Of a stretch of DNA of 64,000 nt, positions 42,763 through 57,563 are shown one piece after another. Each line of letters starts with the position of its first letter. Within the stretch, counting starts at the first letter, position 1. The notes below the pieces were generated by a model that saw only the letters and a list, made by a program, of their open reading frames with translations, was not told the origin of the DNA and ran no database searches. This DNA is from Eledone cirrhosa (Eukaryota). Location of the stretch: NCBI GenBank assembly GCA_964016885.1, contig OZ024745.1:94984001-95048000 (forward strand), written 5' to 3'. The translations under genes were made by a program, and so were the position numbers.

Positions 42763-43532
42763 ATAAAATCAAGGTCTAGCAAATAGAGAGAAGGTTTTAA
42801 AATAAATTTTAAAATATTCGCCATACTTACTATATGTGCCTTTACCGCGGTTTAATGCTCCAGAATAAACGAAAAATCCAACCGGATTTCCATTGAGAAG
42901 GGACCAATCTTCAGAAGGCTCTTCTCCCTCGGAGAATATAAAATTCCCGTGTTCAAATCACAAACTGATGCCATACAAAACCATTCCGAAATGAGAGCGA
43001 ATGATGAAAGAAATAATTCTGTCTGGTGCCGTGTGCAAAGACAGAAGGCAGGGTGGACAGGACAATGTCCTGCCACTAGAAATAGCAGCAGTCCAAACGA
43101 CCAAAATTTTATCTCTACCTTAGGGGGAGTTCAATAATAATAAAGTATGAATTCCTACGTGTAAAAAATACATATAGGGAAACAAGTATTATCCAACCGT
43201 ATGCCAATGTGGTTGTATGGCGGTTTAATAAATTAAGAAGCCAAAACATAAAATCAAGGTCTAGCAAATAGAGAAAAACTTTAAAAATATATTTTAAAAA
43301 ATTCGCAGTACTACCTATATGTGCCTTTACCGCGGTTTCATGCTCCAGAATAAACGGAAATTCCAAGCGGATTTCCATTGAGAAGGGAGCAATCTTCAGA
43401 AGTCTCATCTCCCTCGGAGAATATTAAATTCCCGAGTTCAAATCACAAACTTACGCCATACAAACCATTTCAAAATGAGAGCGAATGATGAAAGAAATAA
43501 TTGTCTGGTGCCGTGTGCAAAAACGATAGGCA

Positions 43533-43535
<3 letters not shown>
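42763..43535 (-). repeat. ~485-bp tandem repeat (1.6 units) in (TA)n with degenerate hammerhead-like motif per unit
   Basis: 42763-43050 repeats at 43248-43535. Minus strand CTGAAGA-TTG..CAA-TG-GAAA-TCCG at ~42872-42921 and ~43357-43407. Confidence 0.65.
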
Positions 43536-43571
<36 letters not shown>

Positions 43572-43573
<2 letters not shown>

Positions 43574-44220
43574 TTATTCCGGGTTGACTAGGAGGTAACC
43601 ACAGTAAGTAAAGTACTCAATACATAGCAGAGTATAAAAGTTTTAATATAGAAGAGCTCCTACAGGACTAGAACTGTTTCATTCGTGAGAAAACATCAGG
43701 GACCTGGCTATCCAAGTAAATAGTAGTATTTATATCTTTCCTTATCTGGTGGTAGGAGAGGGTGGGGATTGGGATGGGTGTAGATCATTGGTTGAAGGAT
43801 TTCAAGAAAAGGGAGTTCATTAAAAACTAATTCTTAAAAGCTATAATATTAACAAAGGCAGAAAGTATACTGTAAACAAATTCAAAATTGGAATACCAAT
43901 CCTTGTTTACCACTTAGACTAACAGTGGCTGTAAGACGGGTGTCTAGAGGGTGGGTGGGGTTCAATGGTTTAAAGAAAAGGGAAATTCTTTAGAAGCTAA
44001 TTCTTTAAGGCTGAAATAAGGGTGACAAAAGCAGAAAGAGATCCATTAACAGATTCATGTGATGGGGTGAGACCCCTTATTGTGAAGTTACCCTTAATAT
44101 ATATTCCAGGTGTGGACAAACCCATTCACACACGCGCCCACTTACACACGTACACACACATACACCCACGCACACACAGGCAGGCACACACACAACAAAA
44201 ATACATACACACATACATAT
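43572..44220 (-). mobile_element. Penelope-like 3' UTR/pLTR fragment
   Basis: Left part is homologous to 4402-4530 (core CTGATGT variant). Right part is an inverted homologue of 58020-58355. Confidence 0.6.
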
Positions 44221-44240
44221 ATACAAACATATACATACAC

Positions 44241-44308
<68 letters not shown>

Positions 44309-44424
44309 ACATACATACGCATACATATATATACATATATATATACATATATATATATTAAACTATATATACATATATACAGACATATACATATATTTAT
44401 ATACTCACACATATATATATATAT

Positions 44425-44765
44425 ATATTATCTTCGTGTTTTCCGCTTATTGCCAGAGAACGTCTCCACGAACCACCTAATAGAATATTAGTCTAGGACT
44501 TCCTTTATACCATAAACGTGGTTTTGTCTTTGAGTGTAATTGTTTTCACCGCTCCAATTAATGACTAATTATCTTCGTTTTTTACCGTTTTTGCCAGGGA
44601 ACGTTTCCACGAACCAAAGTATCGTCTTACTGTCTTTCTCCGGTTGCAACGTTTATTTTAATATTTACTTCTGCGTTCACAGATTGATTATTTTAGTTTC
44701 AGAAGATCGCGTTAAGGGTGAAAGCATCGATTCTTTGCTTAAACTTTAATCTGTTATTTTAATAA
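44425..44765 (+). repeat. Copy of the 1308-1800 repeat family
   Basis: Shares GTTAAGGGTGAAAGC..TTCTTTGCTTAAACTTTAATCTGTTATTTTAATAAA. Confidence 0.8.
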
Positions 44766-44948
44766 ATATATATATATATATATACATGTAAAGTTATATT
44801 TAAAATTGTTGGGTTACAACTAGTAAATATTTATAACTAGTAAATATTTATAACTCTGTATTTTCACTGCTAGAGTAAACCTCTTCAAATGAAGTTGATG
44901 TTTATTACGGTATGTCGAATATATTTATCTATAAAACTGTTTATATTG

Positions 44949-45014
44949 TATTTTGTCTGATGAAGGCATAACATATTGTTAATATGATATCCCCGAAATA
45001 TATATAATGAAATA
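44949..45014 (+). ncRNA. Minimal hammerhead ribozyme
   Basis: TATTTTGT-CTGATGA-imperfect stem II (CATATT GTT AATATG)-GAAA-TATATA-TA-ATGAAATA. Confidence 0.75.
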
Positions 45015-45059
45015 AATATGGTTTTATAAATATAGTTTTCCATTTATTTAATATTTAAT

Positions 45060-45159
<100 letters not shown>

Positions 45160-45260
45160 TATATACACACACGCATATACACACATACATACATACACTT
45201 ATATACATATACACATACATATATATATATACATAAACACACACACACATATATATATAT

Positions 45261-46498
45261 TTGTCACCAAAACCATGTCGTCGGCAAATTCACCATCCGA
45301 TATCTTTTTCGCCTTAACTCTCCTGCTCTGAGCCGGTGCTACAGTAAAGCCAGCGTCCTGGTGTTTTGCTCCAGTGCAAGGCGCATAAAGTACTCCACTA
45401 CGATGATAAAAAGTTAGAGAGCCAATGTTCCTCCCTGGAGCACTCTAGCCAGTATCTCAAAGAACTCTGTCATGCCATCAGGTGTAATGACTTGGGCTTT
45501 TGTGTTGGTGTAGAGCAGTGATATCAGGTCCACTATCTTCTTGAGGATTCCATAAGCCTGTAAGATCTTCATCAGGCAGTGACGATCTACAGAATCAAAG
45601 GCCTTCCTAAAATCAATGAAAACCATGAACGTAGGAAGGCACTTTGCTCTAGCTCCCTCTAATATCCTCCTCGGCATCAGGATGTGACTGGTGGTCGATC
45701 TTCCCTCTCTGAATCCGTTCTGGTTGTCCCTGAGCTTCTTCTCCATCTCAGACTGGATGCTGTTAAGAATCATCCTCTTTTGGTGACAAATACAGTTAAG
45801 CAGGCAGAAGATTTGATGCAGGACGTAGAGACTGTGTCGATGAGTGTTGCGCTGAGAATAAATGAGACTAAAACAAAATATCAGGTAGAGAATGTTGAGA
45901 ATGCGGGAAGCCGCTAGAATGGGTTGAGGGCTTCCTATATTTGGGAGCAAAGATTGGGAATACGGAACATGATGTGGTTGAGAGGAAGAGCAAGGCCTGG
46001 GCGGTGTGCCACAGCTTGAAATCGGTGTGGAAGTCGGACCTTCGTAAAATCCTGAAAATCCGCCTCTTCATTGCTGTAGTGGAATCTGTGCTGCTGTACG
46101 GGTCTGAGACTTGGACAGTGACCAAGGAACTCACTAATATGGTGGATGGGTGCTACACGAGAATGCTGAGGATGGCTCTGAACATTAATCAGTATACACT
46201 GAGGATGAAAAACTCAGAGCTGTATGGGAGCCTCCCAAAAGTCCGCTCAAAAGTGATACAGTGTAGACTGAGGTTAGCTGGACATGCTCACCGACATCCA
46301 GAGTTGACATTGCACTCAGTGCTCCTGTGGGAGCCCCTACATGGACACACTGGAAGAGGAAGACCAAGGTTAACGTATATTGATGCCCTAAGGACGGACA
46401 CTGGTCTGTTGGAGACACAGGACATGGCAGCGATAATGACGGACAGAGACCGCTGGAGAGAACTCGTCCATGGATCTCGGGAATTTTACACGCCATAG
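45261..46498 (+). mobile_element. RTE-type LINE with 5' inversion (45261-45780 inverted)
   Basis: Minus part: QNGFREGRST, FIDFRKAFDSV, VLQG. Plus part: ESVLLYGSETW, RLRLAGH, DRDRW. TTTGGTGACAA is present at both the outer end and the junction. Confidence 0.9.
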
Positions 46499-46678
46499 AA
46501 AAAAAATATATATATATATGCATAATATATGCATATACACATATACATAAATGTACATACACATACATACACATACAAGTACACACATACAAAGACACAT
46601 ACATACATATATACATACACACACATATATCTACACACATATATATATATATACACATACATATATATCAATTCTAAC

Positions 46679-46709
<31 letters not shown>

Positions 46710-47282
46710 TATACATACCCATAAATACATACATACACACATACACATATACACACATATATATACATATAAATAAAAGCATATATATGCGTATATATAT
46801 ATACATATACATACACATACAGATAAATGCATACATACACACATACATACACATAAATACAAACATATACATATATACACATATACATATATATAAAGAA
46901 TATATAATATATATATATATACATATGCATACAGATATATACACATATACAAATATACTTACACATACATATACATACACATATACATATACATATATTT
47001 TGGAGGACACGTATCGCCCCAGTTGTGGATGTGAATCCGAAATATAGAGACAATTAAATCTCTCCCAAGATAACTCTATCTCATGTTATTATTTTTATTT
47101 TTACGCTCTTTCCTACGTTCTTCTACACACTATACATCTCATTCTGCATTCACTTACATCTCTCTCTTCACCACCGGACCTTGTTACTCGGAGAATTACC
47201 CATCTGCATTGTTGAGGCTTCCAAAACGCCCTAAAGAAAATATATCTTATTATTCCACAATGCTTCACGCAAACTTCAATAC

Positions 47283-47346
<64 letters not shown>

Positions 47347-47348
<2 letters not shown>

Positions 47349-48905
47349 GGAAAAAATGAAACGAAATTTCATTTCTCACTCTTAGTACGGCTGTTAGTTA
47401 AATATAAGTATGTATACGTACATACATATATGTATACAGACGTACAGTAGTATGTATATATATATACATGCATGCACACATATATATATATATATATATG
47501 TACATATGGATTCACCGAACATTTATTATAATGCTCAGTTTGTTTGTAAACAGACATCCCGAATTAAGCCGTACAGTGTCTAGCAACCATCGTTGCTCAT
47601 TTGTTCAACACTGACAAAGGAACGCTGTACTAGTTTCAAGCTTATTAGCTATCGTCAGCAACGTATAACCCTCCTGCCAGATGGTTGAACGTCTGAAAGT
47701 ATATACTTTCCTTATGCATATTAACGGCTGAGCAGCCTTATTTGCATATCGAGTGAGTTAATCGGCCGGGGTACCGAAAACGCTAAACGGAAAAAATGAA
47801 ACGAAATTTCATTTCTCAGTCTTAGTACGGCTGTTACTTAAATATAAGTATGTATACGTACATACATATATGTATACAGACTTACAGTAGTATGTATATA
47901 TATATACATACATGCACACATATATATATGTGATATGGATTCACCGAACATTTATTATAATGCTCGGTGTGTTTGTAAACAAACATCCCGAATTAAGCCG
48001 TACAGTGTCTAGCAATCATCGTTGCTCATTTGTTCAACACTGACAAAGGAATGCTGTACTAGTTTCAAGCTTATTAACTATCGTCAGCAACGTATAACCC
48101 TCCTGCCAGATGGTTGAACCTCTGAAACTATATACTTTCCTTATGCATATTAACGGCTGAGCAGCCTAATTTGCATATCCAGTGAGTTAATCGGCCGGGG
48201 TACCGAAAGCGATAAACTGGCAGGAAGGTATACGTTGCTGACGATAGCTAATATGCTTGAAACTAGTACAGCGTTCCTTTATCAGTGTTGAACAAATGAG
48301 CAACGATGGTTGGTAGACACTGTACGGCTTAATTCGGGATGTTTGTTTACAAACACACCGACATTATATTAAATGTTCGGTGAATCTATATGTACATATA
48401 TATATATGTGTGCATGTATGTATGTATATATATATATACATACTACTGTACGTCTGTATACATATGTGTATGTACGTATACATACTTATATTTAAGTAAC
48501 AAATGTTCTAAGAGTGAGAAATCAAATTTCGTTTCATTTTTTCCGTTTATCATTTTCGGTACCCAGGCCGATTAACTCACTTGATATGCAAATTAGGCTG
48601 CTCAGCCGTTAATATGCATAACTTTCAGACGTTCAACCATCTGGCAGGAAGGTATACGTTTCTGACGATAGCTAATAAGCTTGAAACTAGTACAGCGTTC
48701 CTTTGTCAGTGTTGAACAAATGAGCAACGATGGTTGCTAGACACTGTACATCTTAATTCGGGATGTTTGTTTGCAAACACACCGAGCATTATAATAAATG
48801 TTCGGTGAATCCATATGTACATATATATATGTTTACATGTATGTATGTATATACATACTACTGTACGTCTGTATACATATATGTATGTACGTATACATAC
48901 TTATA
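47347..48905. mobile_element. ~430-bp HHR-bearing tandem repeat array (retrozyme-like): two minus-sense units and two plus-sense units head-to-head
   Basis: Unit starts at 47347 and 47787. HHRs at 47623-47663(-), 48052-48092(-), 48233-48273(+) and 48657-48697(+), consensus CGTTG-CTGACGA-TAGCT AATA AGCTT-GAAA-CTAG-TA-CAGCG. Confidence 0.85.
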
Positions 48906-48939
48906 TTATATACATATATATAATATATATATATATATA

Positions 48940-49830
48940 TATACACACACAAATATACACATACATACACATATGCGAATATACAAATAAACGCACGTAC
49001 ACACAAACATACGGCTACATACGTATGGCCACTAATACAAGTACGTACATATATACACTCATAAATATACACATATACACAGACACATATATACAATAAA
49101 GATGAATTACGCTCTACATTGTGATGTCATCACAGGCACCAATCATAGCAACAACAGAAAGACTTACATCGGCATGACTTCCAATAATTTTAAGACACGG
49201 TGGTATGCCCATACCTATTCTTTCAGAAGACCGGACAAACCAAATCAGACAACACTCGCCTCCCATGTTTGGGACCTCAAAAGGAACTCCACCTCCCCTT
49301 CACGCTTAAATGGTAAATACACCATAAAGCGCGCTCATACAAGGTAGACAACAAGTGCTGCGACCTTTTTATCTCAGAGAGCTACGACATATTATTTGCC
49401 AAGGGCCCGTTACTGAACAAACTCTCTGAACACTGCCCGAATAGCATGCACAAAAACTTTGCAACTTTCAAATACCTTAAGCCAGTGTTAATGCCAGATG
49501 GCTAAAAAGATTTCCCTTTGTTTTTTGTTTAAACCCCACTCGAAAAAATAGCCCCTCCACCTCCATTCCACCCTACCCCTACCCCCTCTCGACCCGAAAC
49601 ATGGCACTATGGTCATGTACGTATTTCTTACCTATCTGCTCTTTCCGCATGTAGAGCCTAATTCATCTTTTTACTGTATATATGTGTCTGGGTATATGTG
49701 TATATTTATGAGTGTATGTATGTACGTATTTGTATGAGCGGCCGTACGTGTGTAGGCGTATGTTTGTGTGTACGTGCGTTTATTTGTATATGCGTATATG
49801 TGTATATGTGTGTAGGTTTGTGTGTATATA
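48940..49830 (+). mobile_element. Truncated Naiad-like Penelope GIY-YIG fragment flanked by ~180-bp inverted repeat
   Basis: KTYIGMTSNNFKTRWYAH..QTTLASHVWDLK..CCDL..SE..LLNKLSE..MH. 48940-49118 is the reverse complement of 49649-49830. Confidence 0.8.
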
Positions 49831-49944
49831 TATATATATGTTTATATATATATGTATATGTAGATGTGTATGTATATGTATGTGTATGTATATTTGTATA
49901 TGTGTATATATCTGTATGCATATGTATATATATATATATATTTA

Positions 49945-50285
49945 AAAGTTAAACAAGGTTCAATGAATACATCAAAGAATGAGTTTTACAATTCAAAATA
50001 TTAACAAAATAGGTATTCTTGTGATCAAGTATATTTTATTATACATATTTCTGAGATACTGAGTTAAGTTCAACAATACGTCCTCATCAGATAAAATAAG
50101 ATGATGCATGACATACCCTGACTACCATGACTGAATATTAACCATCTACTATGTCAGGGTATGTCATGCATCATCTTATTTTATCTGATGAGGGCGTACT
50201 GTTGAACTTAACTCAATACCTCTGAACTATGTATAATAAAATATACTTGATCACAAGAATACCTATTTTGTTAATATTTTGAATT
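49945..50285. mobile_element. Fold-back pLTR-like element with a hammerhead in each arm
   Basis: Arms 49990-50122 / 50152-50285. HHR 50032-50098(-) reads CTGATGA..GAAA-TATGTA-TA with 8-bp stem I. The copy at 50177-50243(+) has GAAC. Confidence 0.82.
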
Positions 50286-50402
50286 AACATTATATATATA
50301 TATATTATATATTCTTTATATATATGTATATATGTATATGTTTGTATTTATGTGTATGTATGTGTCTATGTATGTATTTATGTGTATCTATATTTCTCCG
50401 AA

Positions 50403-51540
50403 ATATCATTGAACAATGTCGGGATTTCCACAAGTCCCTTGTAGTCAATTACATTGACTTCAGGAAAGCTTTCGACAGTGTTCATCTGGAGTGATTGTGG
50501 AAGATTGTGGAAGATTGTGTCCCAGAGAAATATATTAACATCTTCAGGTCGCTGTACCGACATTCCAGGTGCTGCGTTAGGACAAAGGACAGAAACACGG
50601 AAATGTTTGACATCTTGAGGGGTGTTCGACAAGGCTGCATCCTTTCACCTTTCCTTTTCCTCATTGTCATCGATTTCATCATGAAGAAGACAATGAGTGA
50701 CCCTCGTTTTGGCATCAGTTGGGATGGAAGGAGATTAAGCGACCTGGACTTTTCCGATGACATCGCAGTGATATGCCATTCCCGAGAAAACCTGCAAGAG
50801 ATGACAAACGTTCTAAATGACATTGCAGAGAAAGTTGGCTTGCGCATCAGTTGCGAAAAAAACAAGACCATGTCGACAGGTGACCCTCTAAATCCTCCCA
50901 TCATGGTTGGTCAGCGTAAAATTGAATGTGTAAACCACTTCCAATACCTTGGCTGCAACATCTCTTACGATGGGGATGCTGTGGTGGATGTGCGCACAAG
51001 GCTGGGAAAAGCAGCGGCGGTCTTCCAGTGACTCCGTCCGGTATGGTCCAGCTGTTCCATCGGCAACACCATCAAATTCCGTGTTTACATGTCCATTGTA
51101 GTACCAACAGCGATATATGCCTGTGAGACATGGAAAAGTACGGAAAGTGTATGTAACAAGCTTGATGTATTCCACGGTCGTTGCATTCAGACCATATTGA
51201 AAATTTCATGGAGAGACCAAGTTAGGAACGAGGAAGTGATGAGGAGGTCAGGATTGGAGAGGTTAAGGGACATTGTCTGGAAAAGGAGACGGCGGTTCGC
51301 GGGCCACATCCTTCGTTTGCCGGCAGATCGACCTGCTCATATTGCCATGGATTGGGTACCAGAGGGTGGCAGGAGAGACGGGGAAGACCACGAAAAACAT
51401 GGCGGAGCACATTCAGGGAGGACCTGCGGGTGATGGGAACTACTTGGAGAGGTTAAGAAGGGCCGCCAGTGACAGGATCAAGTGGAGGAAGCTCGTCGCC
51501 CAATGTTCCACAAGGGAGTGGAGGAACTAAGACTAAGACT

Positions 51541-51543
<3 letters not shown>
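50403..51543 (+). mobile_element. 5'-truncated RTE-type LINE (second family) with (ACTAAG)n tail
   Basis: IDFRKAFDSV, GVRQGCILSPFLF, DLDFSDD, FQYLG, YACETW, RFAGHILR. Confidence 0.9.
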
Positions 51544-52804
<1,261 letters not shown>

Positions 52805-53138
52805 TGGTTTTATTTATATATATACAGTATATATGTGTGTATTTGCGTATGTGCGTATGTATGTATTTATGTGTATGTATATGTATATGTGTGTGTTTGT
52901 GCGTATTTGTGCATTTACTTATATATTTATATATGTATATGTCTGTGTATGTGTGTACTTGTATGTGTATGTATGTATGTGCATGTACATTTATGTATAT
53001 GTGTATCTGCATGTGCTATGTGTATATATATATATACATATATGTGTGTGTGTGTTTATGTATATATATATATGTATGTGTATATGTATATATATATGTA
53101 AATGTATGTATGTATGTGCGTATGTGCGTGTGTGTGTG

Positions 53139-53170
<32 letters not shown>

Positions 53171-53218
53171 TGTGTGTGTGAGTATATAAATATATCTATA
53201 TGTCTGTATATATGTATA

Positions 53219-54637
53219 TCTAGGGCGGGTAAAATTCCCGAGATCCATGAACGAGTTCTCTCCAGCGGTCTCTGTCCCTCATTATCGCTGCCATGTCCTG
53301 CGTCTCCAACAGACCAGTGTCTGTCCTTAGGGCATCAATATACGTTAACCTTGGTCTTCCTCTTACAGTGTGTCCATGTAGGGGCTCCGACAGGAGCACT
53401 GTGTGCACTGTCAACTCTGGATGTCGGTGAAAATGTCCAGCTAACCTCAGTCTCCTCTGTGGCACTTTTGAGCGGACTTTTGGGAGGCTCCCATACAGCT
53501 CTGAGTTTTTCATCCTCAGTGTATACTGACTAATGTTCAGAGCCATCCTCAGCATTCTCGTCTAGGACCCATCCACCATCTGAGTGAGTTGCTTGGTCAG
53601 TGTCCAAGTCTCAGACCCGTACAGCAGCACAGATTCCACTACAGCAATGAAGAGGCGGATTTTCAGGTCCTTACGAAGGTCCGAGGTCCACACCTATCTC
53701 AAGCTGTGGCACGCCGCCCTGGCTTTGCTCTTCCTCTCAACCACATCATCTTCCGTTTTCCCAACCTTTGCTCCCAAATACAGGAAGTCCTCAACCAATT
53801 CTAGTGGCAACCCGCATTCTCAACATTCTCTACCAGATATTTTGTTTCAGTCTCATTTATTCTCAGCCCCTCACTCATCGACACAGTCTCAACCTCCTGT
53901 ATCAAATCCTCTGCCTCCTTCACTGTATTTGTCACCAAAACTATGTCGTCGGCAAATTTAGCATCTGATATCTTTTTCGCCTTAACTCTCCTGCTCTGAG
54001 CCGGTGCTACAGTAAAGCCAGGTTCCTGGTGTTTCTCCAGTGCAAGGCGCATACAATAGTCCACTACGATGATAAAAATGTAGGGAGCCAATGTATCTCC
54101 CTGGAGCACTCCAGCCAGTATCTCAAATAATTCTGTCATCCCATCAGGTGTAATGAGTTGGGCTTTGGTGTTGGTGTAGAGCAGTGATATCAGGTCCACT
54201 ATCTTCTTGGGGATTCCATAAGTCTGTGAGATCTTCATCAGGCTCATGGAGAAGATGGAGTAGCATCAGAAGTGATGAAGAGGTGTGATTTTGATGATAT
54301 CATCCTGGGGTTCTGAAACCAGGCGCTGGAGAAAGGAGTTGCCCCCGAATCAGTGGAGGATCAGTAACATCGTCCCAGTGCCAAAGAAGGGAGTTCTCTC
54401 TAACACCAATAACTAGAAGGGGATCTCACTGACGTCACTTGTGGCAAAGACCCTCAACAGGATGATTCTTAACAGGATCCAGCCTGAGATGGAGAAAAAG
54501 CTCAGGGACAACCAGAACGGCTTCATAGAGGGTAGATCAACCACCAGGAGGATATTAGAGGGGGCTAGAGCAAAGTGCCTTCCTGCGGTCGTGGTTTTCA
54601 TTGACTTTAGGAAGGCCGTAGATTCTGTGGACCGTAT
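53219..54637 (-). mobile_element. RTE-type LINE with 5' inversion (54243-54637 inverted)
   Basis: Minus: LMKISQTYGIP..GVLQGDTLAP..FADD..RLRLAGH..REFYPP. The plus piece ends at ..KAVDSVDR, immediately upstream in the element. Confidence 0.9.
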
Positions 54638-55686
54638 ATATGTATATATATAGTTTAATATATGAAAAAACATAGATGCAGCACAAATGATATGGTTTTG
54701 GGTTTCACACTATACTCAAAAACTTAGTATATAACATATCTCTTAGACTTTCTAAATTATCTTCTAATGAAGATATATTTTATAATAATGCACCCTTCTA
54801 CAACGAGGCCTTTACTAGAAGTGGATATAAAGAAAAAATCTCATATATCCCCAACACTACTATGGACCAAAATATAAAACCTAGCAAAAACTACAAACAC
54901 CAAAAAATACCATTGAAACAAATACCTAAAGGGATTATTCCTATCACACCAAACAACCGAAAAACCACAACAACTATTACTACACGATCTATGACCAATG
55001 TTAACAACTCACATATGACTACCAAACATTCAAAATCTCATAATCTACCCAATAATAACACCAAATACAACCACGGTAATTTACCAAATTCCACAAATAC
55101 GGATACTAACCATAGGAATTCTTCTAGAACATAGCACATTAAAATAAGTGGTAATAAGAACTTAACTAAAAACCGCAAAAAAAACATATCATGGTACAAC
55201 GCACCCTTCAACCTGCAAACTATTGGACAAATCCCCCAAAAATTCTTCGAAATTCTACATAAACATTTTCCACCAAATATTTAACAGGTATACTATTAAA
55301 TTCTCATACTCTACATCAAACAATCTCCAGCAAAAAATAAGCAACTACAACATTTATAAATTTAAAAATAATATGACCACACCACAACAACATAATTTAA
55401 ATAGGACTGCACCTTTTAAAAGGAAAAATAATACAATCCTTCAACCTGGAAAACACAACCACCCAAATCACCAACACAAAACAACAGAACACAAAATCAC
55501 AATACAACCCTAGCACTAAACCAACCACAAAGCAACCTTCATTCTCCCGCTAACATTAATTACAATAGGAATAGCTGAAGGATTAATGAGAATGGTATAG
55601 GTACCCCCAACAACCATCTCACGTATGGTTGTAATTGCAGAAATAGAAGCATTTGCCCCTTAAATGGCAACTGTTTGATTAATAAT

Positions 55687-55871
55687 TGTTTCTACGTTTC
55701 GCACAAGACCAGCAATTATCCCAGTGCATTACTGGTACTTTATTTTATCGACCCCGTAAGGATGAAAAGCAAAGTTGACCTCGGCAGGATTTGAACTCAG
55801 ATCAGAAAGGGGCGTCACTCTGTGCTGCAAAGCATTTGTCCGACCCTCTACCGATACAGCCAAACCACCAC
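55687..55871 (-). mobile_element. SINE inserted in the Penelope ORF with 19-bp TSD
   Basis: CAACTGTTTGATTAATAAT at 55668-55686 and 55872-55890. Confidence 0.93.
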
Positions 55872-56452
55872 CAACTGTTTGATTAATAATGTAATATATA
55901 AATGCACTGACTTCAACAAAACATATATAGGATCTACATCAAACACATTTAAGAAAAGATTTTACGCACACTCTAGTAGTTTTAACAATACTAAACTAGC
56001 TAACACCACATCTTTAGCTGAAGCAGTAAATAACTATAAAAATAAAAAAATGGATTTCTAGTTATCGTGGAACACCATTCTACAAAGAACTCCATACCTT
56101 GGGAACAGGAGAGAATGCAGGTTATGTTCAGGGGATATCTTAGAAATTACTAAATCTAAGGACGATTTATTGAATAAAAGACAGGAACTAATTATAGTTT
56201 GTAATCACAGTATTCGAAGAACAGTTAAATACTATAAACCTAATTAAATATTCTAAATAGCAACTCACTATAATTCTATGTAGCGTAACATTTATTAGTA
56301 TCCCTTTCTCCTAATTATACGCATTCATACTTATTTCTTACCTTTTAATGTTTTAGCTTCCTTAGATTTATACGTTAATGACTAAGGGCAACAAGGTCAA
56401 CAACCACTCGTAATTGCATGAGTAAATATGTATCTATGTATGTATGATATGG

Positions 56453-56508
<56 letters not shown>

Positions 56509-56678
56509 ATGTGTGTGTGTGTGTGTGTGTGTATGCGAGTATATGTGTATGAGTGTTTATGTGTGTGTGTGTGTGTGTGTGTATGTGTGTGTGTATGCGA
56601 GTATATGTGTATGAGTGTTTATATGTGTGTGTGTACATGTATGTGAGTGTACATACATATATACATGTGTGTATAGGC

Positions 56679-56749
<71 letters not shown>

Positions 56750-57425
56750 GTGCGCATGTGTAGATGTATGTATATGCTTGCATCTATTTATGCGCATGTA
56801 TATTTTTAATTGAGTATCAATATAACTATACCTCTATCTATAATGTGGGTATATGCACTTTGTGATCTATGAAATGTATGCGTTTTGACTATGTCAACAT
56901 GTATTTATCTGAGTTTGATTATTTATACATAAACATACTTGAAAGTATTTTAAGGCGTATCATGCGCTGTATTATACTAAGTACAATTTACCACACCGTA
57001 CTATATTGTGTTAAATTATATTATATTATTGTATTACTGTATTTCATTATCTTATTATAATTTACATCTTTTAATATACTATCTTTCCTAGCCATGACCT
57101 TAATTTATATTCACCTAAAATCTCCATACAACACAACTGAACATTTAATTTTTACATTCCTTTTAAACTTCACTATATCATATACATTCAACTATCAATT
57201 TGACAATCCCTTTCCTCCTAATAAATTGTTTATGGCAATTCTATTATTAACGCCATTCAACCATTCCTTTCAAAGGGTCATGTCCTCGACTAAAGTGAAT
57301 TATTGTTCATCTTAACATCATATGGAAAAAAACAATCTGATTGGTTAGTTCTTCAGCTACCTCCAAGTAAGGTCATAGAACTAAACATAATACTAATTTA
57401 CTACTAATTTTGAATAAAATTATTA

Positions 57426-57563
57426 TTGCTTTAGACAACAGGTGGTGATATGCATGTAAGTAAATATACTCCTTATCTGATATTTTGTAACTAACCTTAC
57501 ATAGAGCGATAACAAAGTATAGTTACGATGTATTATCATCACCTAGAAACGATCGTAAAGCAG
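57426..57563 (+). ncRNA. Hammerhead-like motif with long stem II and variant core
   Basis: TTGCTT-TAGACAA-CAGGTGGTGATA...TATCATCACCTA-GAAA-CGATCG-TA-AAGCAG. Confidence 0.55.

Noticed and set aside
44694-44745. Possible hammerhead CAGAAGA..GAAA-GC in the 1308/44425 family
   Set aside because: Stem I is not adjacent and the cleavage triplet is not conserved among copies (GCTA, GCGA, TCGA).
47347-48905. CRISPR-like or prokaryotic repeat system
   Set aside because: Units are ~430 bp with no unique spacers or cas genes, and the context is clearly eukaryotic.
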